64,000 nt of DNA from an uncultured Pseudomonadota bacterium (lineage in GTDB: Bacteria; Pseudomonadota; Alphaproteobacteria; RF32; CAG-239): contig CABUUO010000004.1 in the NCBI GenBank assembly GCA_902494875.1, positions 37,878 through 101,877 of the forward strand, read 5' to 3'. Shown here in pieces: positions 28,729 through 36,923 of the stretch (positions are counted from its first letter, which is position 1; every line of letters starts with the position of its first letter). Position numbers and translations under genes: made by a program. The notes under the pieces were generated by a model. The model had not been told where the DNA came from. It made no database searches and saw only the letters and a list, made by a program, of their open reading frames with translations.

Positions 28729-30505
28729 AAATAATCTTCCCGCCTGGGACTTGTCAGATTTGTACAAAGGTATAAACGATCCGAAGATTGAAACCGATCT
28801 CAGCCGTTGTAAGAATATGGCCGAAGACTTTGCCCGTGACTATAAGGGAAAACTGGCCTCTCTGAGCGCGGAAGATTTTGCCGCCGCTTTGAAAACATAC
28901 GAAGATATGTCTGTCATCGGCGATATTCTGGGCGAGTTTGCCTATCTTAATATGTGTACCCAAATGAAAAACGGCGAGGCAATGGCCTTTTATCAGAACA
29001 TCAGCGAAAAACTGACCGAATATGCCAAGCCGACGGTTTTCTTCACGCTGGAAATCAACCAACTGCCGGAAGCGATGTTGCAAAGCTGGCTTAAAAACGA
29101 AAAGGTAGCCTTTTATAAGCACTGGCTGGAACGTGTCCGCCGTTTTAAAAAACACGAGTTGAGCGAAGCGGTCGAGGAAGTTTTGCTGGAGAAATCCGTA
29201 ACTTCGTCTTCCGCTTGGGTTCGTTTGTATGAAGAACATTCTTCCCGTTTGAAGTATGTCATTGACGGAAAAGAATATAACGATGCCGAAATCTCCAAGC
29301 TTTTGCAGGATCAAGACCCCAAAATCCGCGAGAAGGCGGGCAAAGAGCTGAACCGCGTCGGCAAAGAAAACGCGCCTTTGTTTTCTTTTATCTATAATAT
29401 GATTATCAAAGATAAGGCCATAGAAGATGAAAAACGCGGCTATGAACGCCCGGTTTCCGAACGAAATATGCACGAAAACGTCAAAGACGAGGTAGTTGAT
29501 GCGCTGGCCGAAACCGTTAAACGCAATTATCAGCATATCAGCCACCGCTTTTATAAGTTAAAGGCAAAATGGCTCGGCGTCGATAAAATGCAGTATTGGG
29601 ATCGCAATGCTCCGCTGCCGTTCTCTTCGGATATGCACTATGACTGGGATGAGGCCGTTAAGCTGGTGCTGAACGCTTACAGGGAGTTTTCCGAAGACTT
29701 GTATAAAACCGCCCTGCCGTTTTTTGAAAATAATTGGATTGACGTTCCGCCGCGGGACGGAAAACGCAGCGGCGCTTTTGCCGCCGGCACCACCTCAACC
29801 AAACACCCGTATCTGTTTCTGAACTTTGTCGGCAAGCAGAACGATGTTCTGACCCTTGCGCACGAACTCGGGCATGGCTGCCATATGCGTCTGCGTCAGA
29901 AAAACGGCGATTTGAACGAGACTTCGCGCATGACCTCGGAAGAAGTCGCTTCCGTGTTTGGCGAAATGATTACCTTCCAGTCGATGCTGCGTTCGCTGAA
30001 TGATGACAAGGCCCGGCTTTGTCTGATTGCTTCCAAGGTGAACGATATGATCAATACCGCGTTCCGCCAGATTGCTTTTCATTTTTTTGAGAGCAAAGCG
30101 CATGACGAACGCAAAAACGGCGAACTCTCGGAGCAGCGTCTGGCCGATATTTGGGTTGAAGTCCAGAAAGACGTGCTGGGTCCGGCGGTCGTTGTGGACG
30201 AAAACTCGGCCTATATTTGGTCTCAGGTCGGACATTTCTTTTTCCTGCCGTTTTATGTCTACGCTTATTCCTTTGCCGATTGTCTGGTCAATTCCTTATA
30301 TCAGGTTTCGCAGGAAAACCGGGTGGAAAACTTTCCGGCTCAGTATCTGGACATGCTTTCCAAAACAGCCATCACCGAATATGACGAGCTGCTGGCGCCG
30401 TTTGGGTTGAATCCGTCGGATGCAGCGTTTTGGAATAAGGGGCTGAGCCTTATTTCCGGCTATATTGACGAGTTGGAGCGTCTGGATAAAAAACTCGGAT
30501 TATAA
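28721..30505 (+). CDS. pepF: oligoendopeptidase F family (M3B) metallopeptidase
   Basis: HELGHGCH zinc motif. The 594-aa length and pattern fit M3B. Confidence 0.85.
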   Translation: MTENNLPAWDLSDLYKGINDPKIETDLSRCKNMAEDFARDYKGKLASLSAEDFAAALKTYEDMSVIGDILGEFAYLNMCTQMKNGEAMAFYQNISEKLTEYAKPTVFFTLEINQLPEAMLQSWLKNEKVAFYKHWLERVRRFKKHELSEAVEEVLLEKSVTSSSAWVRLYEEHSSRLKYVIDGKEYNDAEISKLLQDQDPKIREKAGKELNRVGKENAPLFSFIYNMIIKDKAIEDEKRGYERPVSERNMHENVKDEVVDALAETVKRNYQHISHRFYKLKAKWLGVDKMQYWDRNAPLPFSSDMHYDWDEAVKLVLNAYREFSEDLYKTALPFFENNWIDVPPRDGKRSGAFAAGTTSTKHPYLFLNFVGKQNDVLTLAHELGHGCHMRLRQKNGDLNETSRMTSEEVASVFGEMITFQSMLRSLNDDKARLCLIASKVNDMINTAFRQIAFHFFESKAHDERKNGELSEQRLADIWVEVQKDVLGPAVVVDENSAYIWSQVGHFFFLPFYVYAYSFADCLVNSLYQVSQENRVENFPAQYLDMLSKTAITEYDELLAPFGLNPSDAAFWNKGLSLISGYIDELERLDKKLGL

Positions 30506-30540
30506 AAAAGAAAGCCCCGGAATTTTCCGGGGCTTTTTTC
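30505..30540. terminator. bidirectional terminator
   Basis: A-run, GCCCCGG-aatttt-CCGGGGC, T6, between convergent genes. Confidence 0.85.
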
Positions 30541-31312
30541 AGAATACTTTTTGACTGGCTTCTTTGGCGGTTTCCAGATAGTGAGCAGAAGTCTCCGGCG
30601 TGCCGAGATAACCGAGGGAATAGTTGATCATTAAAAAGCCGAAAGGGTTTTTAGCCAAATCACTGCGGTTGCGGAAAGGGATTCTCCGATAGCCGATTCT
30701 CATGATTGAACGCCAGATGGTCGTATGAGGCGTTGTGCTGCCGTTGACATAGTCGTGGAACAGGAATTGAGCCTGCCACAAGCCGGGCGCCAGAATTTTT
30801 ACCCATTCGATCTCCACTTCTCGCCGCAGCCCTTTCATCTGAAACTGCTGAATGTTGTATTTGGCTTCAGTATTTTCAAATTTGGTATATACCTCTTGGG
30901 AAGACATCCAGTAAAGCGTTTCGTAAGGTCCCCAACGTTTGGTTATTTCATCATAGTCCCTGGGAATTTCGTGCCGCAGCTGAATATATTTGTAAATCAT
31001 CTGTTCGGCCACCAGATCGGCGGCGGAAACATAACGTTCCATCGGCTGAATCTGTTCCAGTTGGCTGAAATAGTCGTTAATACGCAAAATTCGCGGGTAA
31101 ACCGTCCGCTGAGGCAGCAAAACATAAATGACGCTGGCCAGCATCATGTTAAAACTGATGCTGAGGCAGGAAAGAACCACCAGGATTCTGGACGTCCACA
31201 GATAGCGTCGTTCCGGCATGGCATTGACATGCACGCTTTCCGGATAAAGCCCGAGCTTGTCGGGGCTTTCTTTCTCTCGGTATTTGAATATGGTATTAAA
31301 TATGTCAAACAT
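30539..31312 (-). CDS. VirB8-like (type IV secretion component-like) bitopic membrane protein
   Basis: About 40 aa cytoplasmic N-terminus, single TM helix, then LPQRTVYPRILRIN, QMIYKYIQLRHEI and a C-terminal NPFGFLMINY. These line up with the VirB8 family pattern (LP.ktveP.vvrvd ... NPlGFqVtsY). Confidence 0.6.
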   Translation of the reverse strand: MFDIFNTIFKYREKESPDKLGLYPESVHVNAMPERRYLWTSRILVVLSCLSISFNMMLASVIYVLLPQRTVYPRILRINDYFSQLEQIQPMERYVSAADLVAEQMIYKYIQLRHEIPRDYDEITKRWGPYETLYWMSSQEVYTKFENTEAKYNIQQFQMKGLRREVEIEWVKILAPGLWQAQFLFHDYVNGSTTPHTTIWRSIMRIGYRRIPFRNRSDLAKNPFGFLMINYSLGYLGTPETSAHYLETAKEASQKVF

Positions 31313-31482
31313 AACCAGAACCGTAAATTTTAAGTATGTTGCGCTTTGTTGTATTTCATTTTACCGGCGAACCTTTAATATTTTATATATGAAAGTTGAA
31401 TAAAAGCAAATAAATACTGTTAATGTCATTTTTTTTGATATAACTTAGCCAATATGGATTTGTATACAAAGGATTTTAGGCT

Positions 31483-33375
31483 ATGAAAAAGTTGCTGTTG
31501 CTGTCATTGGTCGGAATGATTCTGCTGGTTGCCTGTACCGAAGTGCGTCAAAACGCGGCGGTGCCGGCACCTGTGTCTTATACCGATTGGGATCGGGCAA
31601 TTCGCGTCGACGTGGATATGCAGAATATGTATGCCGCCACACCCCGGAAAATCGAAAAGCCGATCGATATGTATATGGCAATGGCTCTTGCCCTGAAATA
31701 TAACTATACTCGGCGCGTCGTCGCCTATGAGGAAAACGTGGTCAAGGCCGGCAAGTCCCCGGTCAACAAGCTGCCTGAAGTTTTTGCCGCCGCAGGCTAT
31801 GTCAATGATCCTGGTGCTGCGGATGTCAGTCCTGACTTAAAGCTGGCCTGGAACATTCTGGACGTCAGCACGGTTTACTATCAGACCATGGATGAAAAAT
31901 ATCGCGGCAATATTGCCTTTGAGCAGAGCCGCAAGGTTATTCATAACGTTTTGCAGGAAACGCGTCTGCTGTACTGGAAGACGCTGACGGCGCAAAAGCT
32001 GCTGCCGACGGTCAATGAAATGATTGAATATATGACGTTGGAGGTAGACGAAATTAATGCCCGTTCCAAGGAGCTGGCGCAGAATGGCCAAAGCCTTTCC
32101 ATGGATGACATGGTCAAAAAAAGAAAATATATGGAAGCGGTTAAGCGCCTTTCCGGTTTGAAGCGCGAGTTTGAAACCGCCGAAGTGCGTCTGGCAACTT
32201 TAATGGGTATGCATCCCTCGACCGAATATAAGCTGGTCGGTCCTGAATACGGCAATTTCGCTCTGCCAGAAATCAAGACTGATTTGGCCGATATGGAGTG
32301 GATTGCGCTTACCAGCCGTCCGGAACTTCGTATCCGCGATTTGGTTACCACGCCTGACGAACTTAAAATTTATCTGAAAAGCTATCAGCTGCCCGACGAG
32401 CAGAAATATAAGAACAATCCGGCTTATTATAACCGCCGGTTGGCCAAAAAAGGACAGGATATTGCCATTCATATTTTTGAAGACCTGAAGACGCCGAACG
32501 AAAAAGACCTTGAGGCTCTGCGCCGCGAGCGGATGACCAGCCTGGTTATGAGTCAGGTCTATGTCGCCTGGGCGCGCTATCAGTCCGCTTATGAAGATTA
32601 TCAGATTAATCAGGAAATTGCCGATGTTTCCGAAAATATTGCCGAAGACACGACCATTGCTTCCGGCAGCAAGGCTGAAAAAAGCCAGTTGGAAGCGGCT
32701 CAGGCTATTGAAGACGAGGTCCGTGCTTATGCCGCGTATATTGAACTTCAGGATTCGCTCGGTAATTTGTACGCTTCGCTGGGGCTGGACGCCGTTCCTT
32801 ATTATATGCTGAACGAAAAGCCGTCCAAAATTGCGGTTTATCTGCGCAATATTCTCGACAAGTGGCGCCATGGCGAGTTTATTCCCGATAACCGTCCTTA
32901 TCTGTTAAATATTCCGGCCAAACGTCCGCCGGTAAATCTGTCATCGCCGAGTCTGCTGCCGGATATCACGCTGGAGACCGGACAGCAGATTAATGTCAAG
33001 ATTCCCGACAGCGTTTTTGATAAGGTTGACTTTACCGGCAAGCTGACGACCAAGGCCGGTCTGCATGACGATTCGCCATTGCCCAAATGGTTGAAATATG
33101 ATGAGAATAACCATCTCTTTACCGGCGTGGCCATGCCTTCGGATTTGGGCGAATATAAAGTCAAGGTCTATGTTTCCGATGAAGAGGGCAATGTGGCTTA
33201 CCTTACTTTCAAAATTAAGATTGTCGATGTTTACGTTCCTTCTATGCGGGTTATGGGACTGACCGACGGCCGCAGGGCAACAGTGCTCAAGCGTTGCATA
33301 GGTCCTCAGTGTACGGACGACTACATTGAAGAAAGCGTCATCGGCGAAGAGGTCGTGACCACGCCGAAAAAATAA
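31483..33375 (+). CDS. TolC/OEP-like outer-membrane lipoprotein with a C-terminal Ig/cadherin-like (He_PIG/Cadg-type) module
   Basis: Lipobox LLVAC. Two OEP-like helical repeats (ALALKYNYT, LYWKTLTAQKLL, RLATLMG, SRPELR, LGNLYASLG). C-terminus PKWLKYDENNHLFTGVAMPSDLGEYKVKVYVSDEEGNVAYLTFKIKIV. Confidence 0.6.
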   Translation: MKKLLLLSLVGMILLVACTEVRQNAAVPAPVSYTDWDRAIRVDVDMQNMYAATPRKIEKPIDMYMAMALALKYNYTRRVVAYEENVVKAGKSPVNKLPEVFAAAGYVNDPGAADVSPDLKLAWNILDVSTVYYQTMDEKYRGNIAFEQSRKVIHNVLQETRLLYWKTLTAQKLLPTVNEMIEYMTLEVDEINARSKELAQNGQSLSMDDMVKKRKYMEAVKRLSGLKREFETAEVRLATLMGMHPSTEYKLVGPEYGNFALPEIKTDLADMEWIALTSRPELRIRDLVTTPDELKIYLKSYQLPDEQKYKNNPAYYNRRLAKKGQDIAIHIFEDLKTPNEKDLEALRRERMTSLVMSQVYVAWARYQSAYEDYQINQEIADVSENIAEDTTIASGSKAEKSQLEAAQAIEDEVRAYAAYIELQDSLGNLYASLGLDAVPYYMLNEKPSKIAVYLRNILDKWRHGEFIPDNRPYLLNIPAKRPPVNLSSPSLLPDITLETGQQINVKIPDSVFDKVDFTGKLTTKAGLHDDSPLPKWLKYDENNHLFTGVAMPSDLGEYKVKVYVSDEEGNVAYLTFKIKIVDVYVPSMRVMGLTDGRRATVLKRCIGPQCTDDYIEESVIGEEVVTTPKK

Positions 33376-33379
33376 AACG

Positions 33380-33406
33380 CAGGCCCCGTTCGGGGCCTGT
33401 TTCTTT
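33380..33406 (+). terminator. rho-independent terminator
   Basis: CAGGCCCC-gttc-GGGGCCTG followed by TTTCTTT. Confidence 0.8.
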
Positions 33407-33704
33407 GGGAAAAAGATAGTGGCTTTTCCGGTCGAATCCGTCGAAAACGATTCTCGTTTGGCGCTTGTTTTTTTGGGGAATCCGAAACGTTAATCTTTGC
33501 GTATTTTGACGTATTTTTTGCCTTATTTGCCGATAATAAATTTTATTAAGAATGTTATGAACAAGCATAAATTTTTTTTATCTAACAAATATAATGGGAT
33601 AGGAACAATCCGCACGAAAATTAACTTTAAAGTGCTTGTCCTGCGTGGTCATATAACGCAATATTGTCTTGAGGTCAGCGTAAGCAAAATCCTTAAAATT
33701 TACC

Positions 33705-33720
33705 AAAATATATATTGTGA
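33705..33720. promoter_or_regulatory. NrdR-box-like 16-mer (AAAATATATATTGTGA)
   Basis: About 13 of 16 positions match the recalled NrdR-box consensus acaCwAtATaTwGtgt. Lies upstream of nrdD. Confidence 0.35.
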
Positions 33721-33766
33721 TAAAAAGATGTGTATATACCACATATAGAATGTTTACATTTTGTTA

Positions 33767-33782
33767 ATACTATATATGGTAT
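33767..33782. promoter_or_regulatory. NrdR-box-like 16-mer (ATACTATATATGGTAT)
   Basis: Near-palindrome (14/16 self-complementary), about 13/16 to the NrdR-box consensus, 71 nt upstream of the nrdD ATG. It fills the spacer after a TTGTTA -35-like hexamer. Confidence 0.4.
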
Positions 33783-33852
33783 GAATATATCTAAACGATA
33801 TGTAAAACAAATTGTCTGAATAACACTAAATAAGAAGGGTCGTTTAAGCGAA

Positions 33853-35913
33853 ATGTCAGAGACTGAATACAAAACATCTCCAATCGAAATGGAAAAAGCC
33901 CCGATTGAAAGCGTAACCAAAAGAGATGGTACATTAGCCCCGTTTGATAGCTCCAAAATTTTTAATGCTATTAATAAAGCCGGACAAAACACCGGTGAGT
34001 TCGGAGAAGAAGAGAGCTGGCTGTTGACTGCTCAGGTTATGAAAGTATTGAAACACAAATTTGCAGAGTCTCTGCCTTCCATTGAGCAGATTCAGGATGT
34101 TGTTGAGCAGGTTCTGATTTCTGCGAACTATTTTGCCACGGCCAAAGCCTATATCTTATACCGCGACCAGCGCAACCGTATGCGTTCTGACAAAAAAGTG
34201 ATGGTTGATGTCGAGAGCTCCATCAATGAATATCTGGAAAAATTGGATTGGCGCGTTAATGCCAACGCCAATCAGGGCTATTCCAACGGCGGTCTTATCT
34301 TAAACGTTTCCGGCAAGGTTACGGCCAACTACTGGCTGAGCCACGTATATCCGGCGGTTGTCGGCGAGGCTCACCGCAACGGCGACATTCACATTCACGA
34401 TTTGGACATGCTGGCCGCTTATTGTGCCGGCTGGTCTCTGAAAAATCTGCTGCATGAAGGTTTTAACGGCGTTCCGGGCAAGGCTGAAGCCGGTCCGGCC
34501 AAACATCTTTCCGCCGCTGTCGGCCAGATGGTAAACTTTATGGGCACTCTGCAAAACGAATGGGCCGGTGCGCAGGCGTTTTCTTCGGTAGATACCTACT
34601 TGGCGCCGTATGTACGCGTAGACAAGCTGAACTATGAGCAGGTCGAACAGGCCTTTCAGGAGCTGATCTATAATTTGAACGTTCCTTCGCGCTGGGGTTC
34701 TCAGACGCCGTTTACCAACTTCACCTTTGACTGGGTCTGCCCGGACGACTTGCGTGACAAACACCCGATTATTGCCGGTGTCGAGCAGGACTTCACCTAT
34801 GGTGACCTCAAAGAAGAAATGCATATGATTAACAAAGCCTATATCAACGTTATGATGAAAGGCGACATCAAGGGGCGTCCGTTTACTTTCCCGATTCCGA
34901 CCTACAATATGACGCCGGATTTCCCCTGGGAAGACGAAAATACCGAACTGCTGTTTGAAATGACGGCCAAATACGGTCTCCCTTATTTCCAGAACTTTAT
35001 CAATTCGGTCTTGAAACCGGGACAGATTCGTTCCATGTGCTGCCGCTTGCAGCTTGACCTGCGCGAGCTTTTGGCTCGCGGCAACGGTTTGTTCGGTTCT
35101 GCCGAACAGACGGGATCTATCGGTGTCGTTACTTTTAACTGCGCGCGTCTCGGCTATGTATACAAAAATAATGAAGCCGGCTTGTTTGCCCGCGTTGACG
35201 AGCTTATGAACATTGCCCGTACTTCTCTTGAAATCAAACGTAAGGTCATCCAGCGTTTAATTGACAACGGTTTGTATCCTTACACCAAACGTTATCTCGG
35301 TACGCTGCGCAACCACTTTTCAACCATCGGCGTCAACGGAATCAACGAGATGATCTTGAACTACACCGAAGGCAAAGAAAACATTTCAACGCCGTGGGGA
35401 CAGAATTTTGCCGAGAAGTTTTTGGATTACATCCGCGACAAACTGGTAAAAATCCAGGAAGAAACCGGACATATGTATAATCTTGAGGCAACTCCGGCTG
35501 AATCGGCCACTTACCGTTTTGCCCGCGAAGACAAAAAACGTTTTCCGAACATCATTCAGGCCGGAACCAAGGAAAATCCGTATTACACCAACTCTTCGCA
35601 ACTGCCGGTCGGCTTTACGGATGATCCGTTTGAAGCGTTGGATTTGCAATCCCGTCTGCAGACCAAGTATACCGGCGGTACGGTTTTGCACCTCTACATG
35701 GGGCAGAAGCTGTCTTCGGCCAAAGTCTGCCGCGAACTGGTCAAAAAGGTTCTGACCAACTACCGTTTACCATACATTACCATAACTCCGACTTTCTCTG
35801 TGTGTCCAAAACACGGTTATATCTCCGGAGAGCACAAATTCTGCCCGATCTGCGATGAGGAGAAAAAGGCAGAAAAAAGAAGAGCTGCAGCCTCTAGTAA
35901 AGAAGTTGCTTAA
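33853..35913 (+). CDS. nrdD: anaerobic ribonucleoside-triphosphate reductase, large part (ATP-cone + catalytic barrel + Cys cluster), lacking the glycyl-radical motif
   Basis: ATP-cone (VTKRDGTLAPFDSSKIFNAINKA), SMCCRLQLD catalytic region, C-terminal CPKH...CPIC. Ends at TAA 35911-35913 before any RxxGY motif. Confidence 0.9.
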   Translation: MSETEYKTSPIEMEKAPIESVTKRDGTLAPFDSSKIFNAINKAGQNTGEFGEEESWLLTAQVMKVLKHKFAESLPSIEQIQDVVEQVLISANYFATAKAYILYRDQRNRMRSDKKVMVDVESSINEYLEKLDWRVNANANQGYSNGGLILNVSGKVTANYWLSHVYPAVVGEAHRNGDIHIHDLDMLAAYCAGWSLKNLLHEGFNGVPGKAEAGPAKHLSAAVGQMVNFMGTLQNEWAGAQAFSSVDTYLAPYVRVDKLNYEQVEQAFQELIYNLNVPSRWGSQTPFTNFTFDWVCPDDLRDKHPIIAGVEQDFTYGDLKEEMHMINKAYINVMMKGDIKGRPFTFPIPTYNMTPDFPWEDENTELLFEMTAKYGLPYFQNFINSVLKPGQIRSMCCRLQLDLRELLARGNGLFGSAEQTGSIGVVTFNCARLGYVYKNNEAGLFARVDELMNIARTSLEIKRKVIQRLIDNGLYPYTKRYLGTLRNHFSTIGVNGINEMILNYTEGKENISTPWGQNFAEKFLDYIRDKLVKIQEETGHMYNLEATPAESATYRFAREDKKRFPNIIQAGTKENPYYTNSSQLPVGFTDDPFEALDLQSRLQTKYTGGTVLHLYMGQKLSSAKVCRELVKKVLTNYRLPYITITPTFSVCPKHGYISGEHKFCPICDEEKKAEKRRAAASSKEVA

Positions 35914-35946
35914 TTGAATAAATTTAGAAAAAATATGGAGAAAAAA

Positions 35947-36159
35947 ATGACCACAATTAATTTTGAAGATATTAAACTGAGTGATGAAGAAAGACAGCCT
36001 TGCGAAGTTTGGACCAGAGTCATGGGTTATCTGCGTCCGGTATCTGAATTCAATAAAGGTAAAAAATCTGAATTTTATTCAAGAGTATGCTTTTCAGAAA
36101 GCAAGGCTCTGGCCGGAATGGAAAGCCGCGAAGAAGCAATGGCTGTCGCAGCTGAGTAA
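35947..36159 (+). CDS. stand-alone NrdD-type glycyl-radical domain peptide (~70 aa)
   Basis: CEVWTRVMGYLRPVSEFNKGKKSEFYSR matches the NrdD C-terminal glycyl-radical signature. GGAG (35937-35940) lies 6 nt before ATG 35947. Same frame as nrdD; the track ORF starts at TTG 35914. Confidence 0.7.
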   Translation: MTTINFEDIKLSDEERQPCEVWTRVMGYLRPVSEFNKGKKSEFYSRVCFSESKALAGMESREEAMAVAAE

Positions 36160-36185
36160 AATTCAATAGTATTCTGCCAAATACG

Positions 36186-36884
36186 ATGAAACACATTAAA
36201 ATCGGCGGTGTTGAGACTTTCAGCACCGTCGATTTTCCAAATCAGATGGCCGCTGTTGTGTTTATGCAGGGCTGTCCGTGGCGTTGCCCTTTTTGTCATA
36301 ATGCCTCTTTGCAGAAAATCGGTGCGGAAACGAATTTTATCTGGGAAAAATTTGTTGACTTTCTGAAAGGGCGCAAAGGAATTTTAGATGCCGTCGTTTT
36401 CAGCGGCGGAGAGCCTCTGGTGCAGGATGAACTTGCCGATTACATTTGTGAAGTTAAGGAACTCGGCTACAAGATCGGCTTGCACACCGGCGGTTATCGG
36501 CCGGAGGCGTTGGCCAAAGTACTGCCGTTGGTCGATTGGATTGGTTTTGACATTAAAGCGCCGTTGAATGAAGAACATTATACGAAAGCCGTCGGCGGAA
36601 TAAATCATTTCGGTCAGGTTATGAAAAGCCTGAATATGATTATTGATTCCGGTCTGCATTTTGAATGTCGTACCACTTGCGATCCTCGGATTTTGAGCAT
36701 CAGAGACGTTTATACGATTGCCGATGAACTCAAGGCCAAAGGCGTGAAAGAATATTATCTGCAAAAATACCGCCAGATTGAAGGCGATAATACGCCCGAC
36801 AGCGAATGTGACAAGTTTTTTGATGATACCGGTTTGTTGCAGTATCTCAAATCGTCTTTTGACATTTTTGACGTCCGCAAATAG
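36186..36884 (+). CDS. nrdG: anaerobic ribonucleotide reductase activating protein (radical SAM)
   Basis: CPWRCPFCHN CxxxCxxC radical-SAM motif. Positioned downstream of nrdD. Confidence 0.9.
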   Translation: MKHIKIGGVETFSTVDFPNQMAAVVFMQGCPWRCPFCHNASLQKIGAETNFIWEKFVDFLKGRKGILDAVVFSGGEPLVQDELADYICEVKELGYKIGLHTGGYRPEALAKVLPLVDWIGFDIKAPLNEEHYTKAVGGINHFGQVMKSLNMIIDSGLHFECRTTCDPRILSIRDVYTIADELKAKGVKEYYLQKYRQIEGDNTPDSECDKFFDDTGLLQYLKSSFDIFDVRK

Positions 36885-36890
36885 GCGGAG

Positions 36891-36922
36891 AAAAAGCTCC
36901 GTTGCAAAGCGGAGCTTTTTTT
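36891..36922. terminator. bidirectional terminator
   Basis: A5-GCTCCG-ttgcaaag-CGGAGC-T7, between convergent genes. Confidence 0.85.
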
Positions 36923-36923
36923 A

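Noticed and set aside
30539-33375. A complete type IV secretion locus.
   Set aside because: Only a VirB8-like gene is present. No VirB4/VirB11/VirD4 ATPase, pilin, VirB6, VirB9 or VirB10 signatures appear in any ORF of the window.
33376-33852. Cobalamin riboswitch or FNR site upstream of nrdD, and the 83-aa ORF at 33497-33748.
   Set aside because: I found no B12-box-like GC-rich core and no TTGAT-N4-ATCAA palindrome. The ORF starts at TTG, is extremely AT-rich and has low-complexity content.
35911-35913. The in-frame nrdD stop as a recoding event (selenocysteine, pyrrolysine or read-through).
   Set aside because: The codon is TAA, not TGA or TAG. No SECIS-like hairpin is evident. A proper SD and ATG follow, so separate initiation or a simple nonsense or sequencing change are the more economical explanations.
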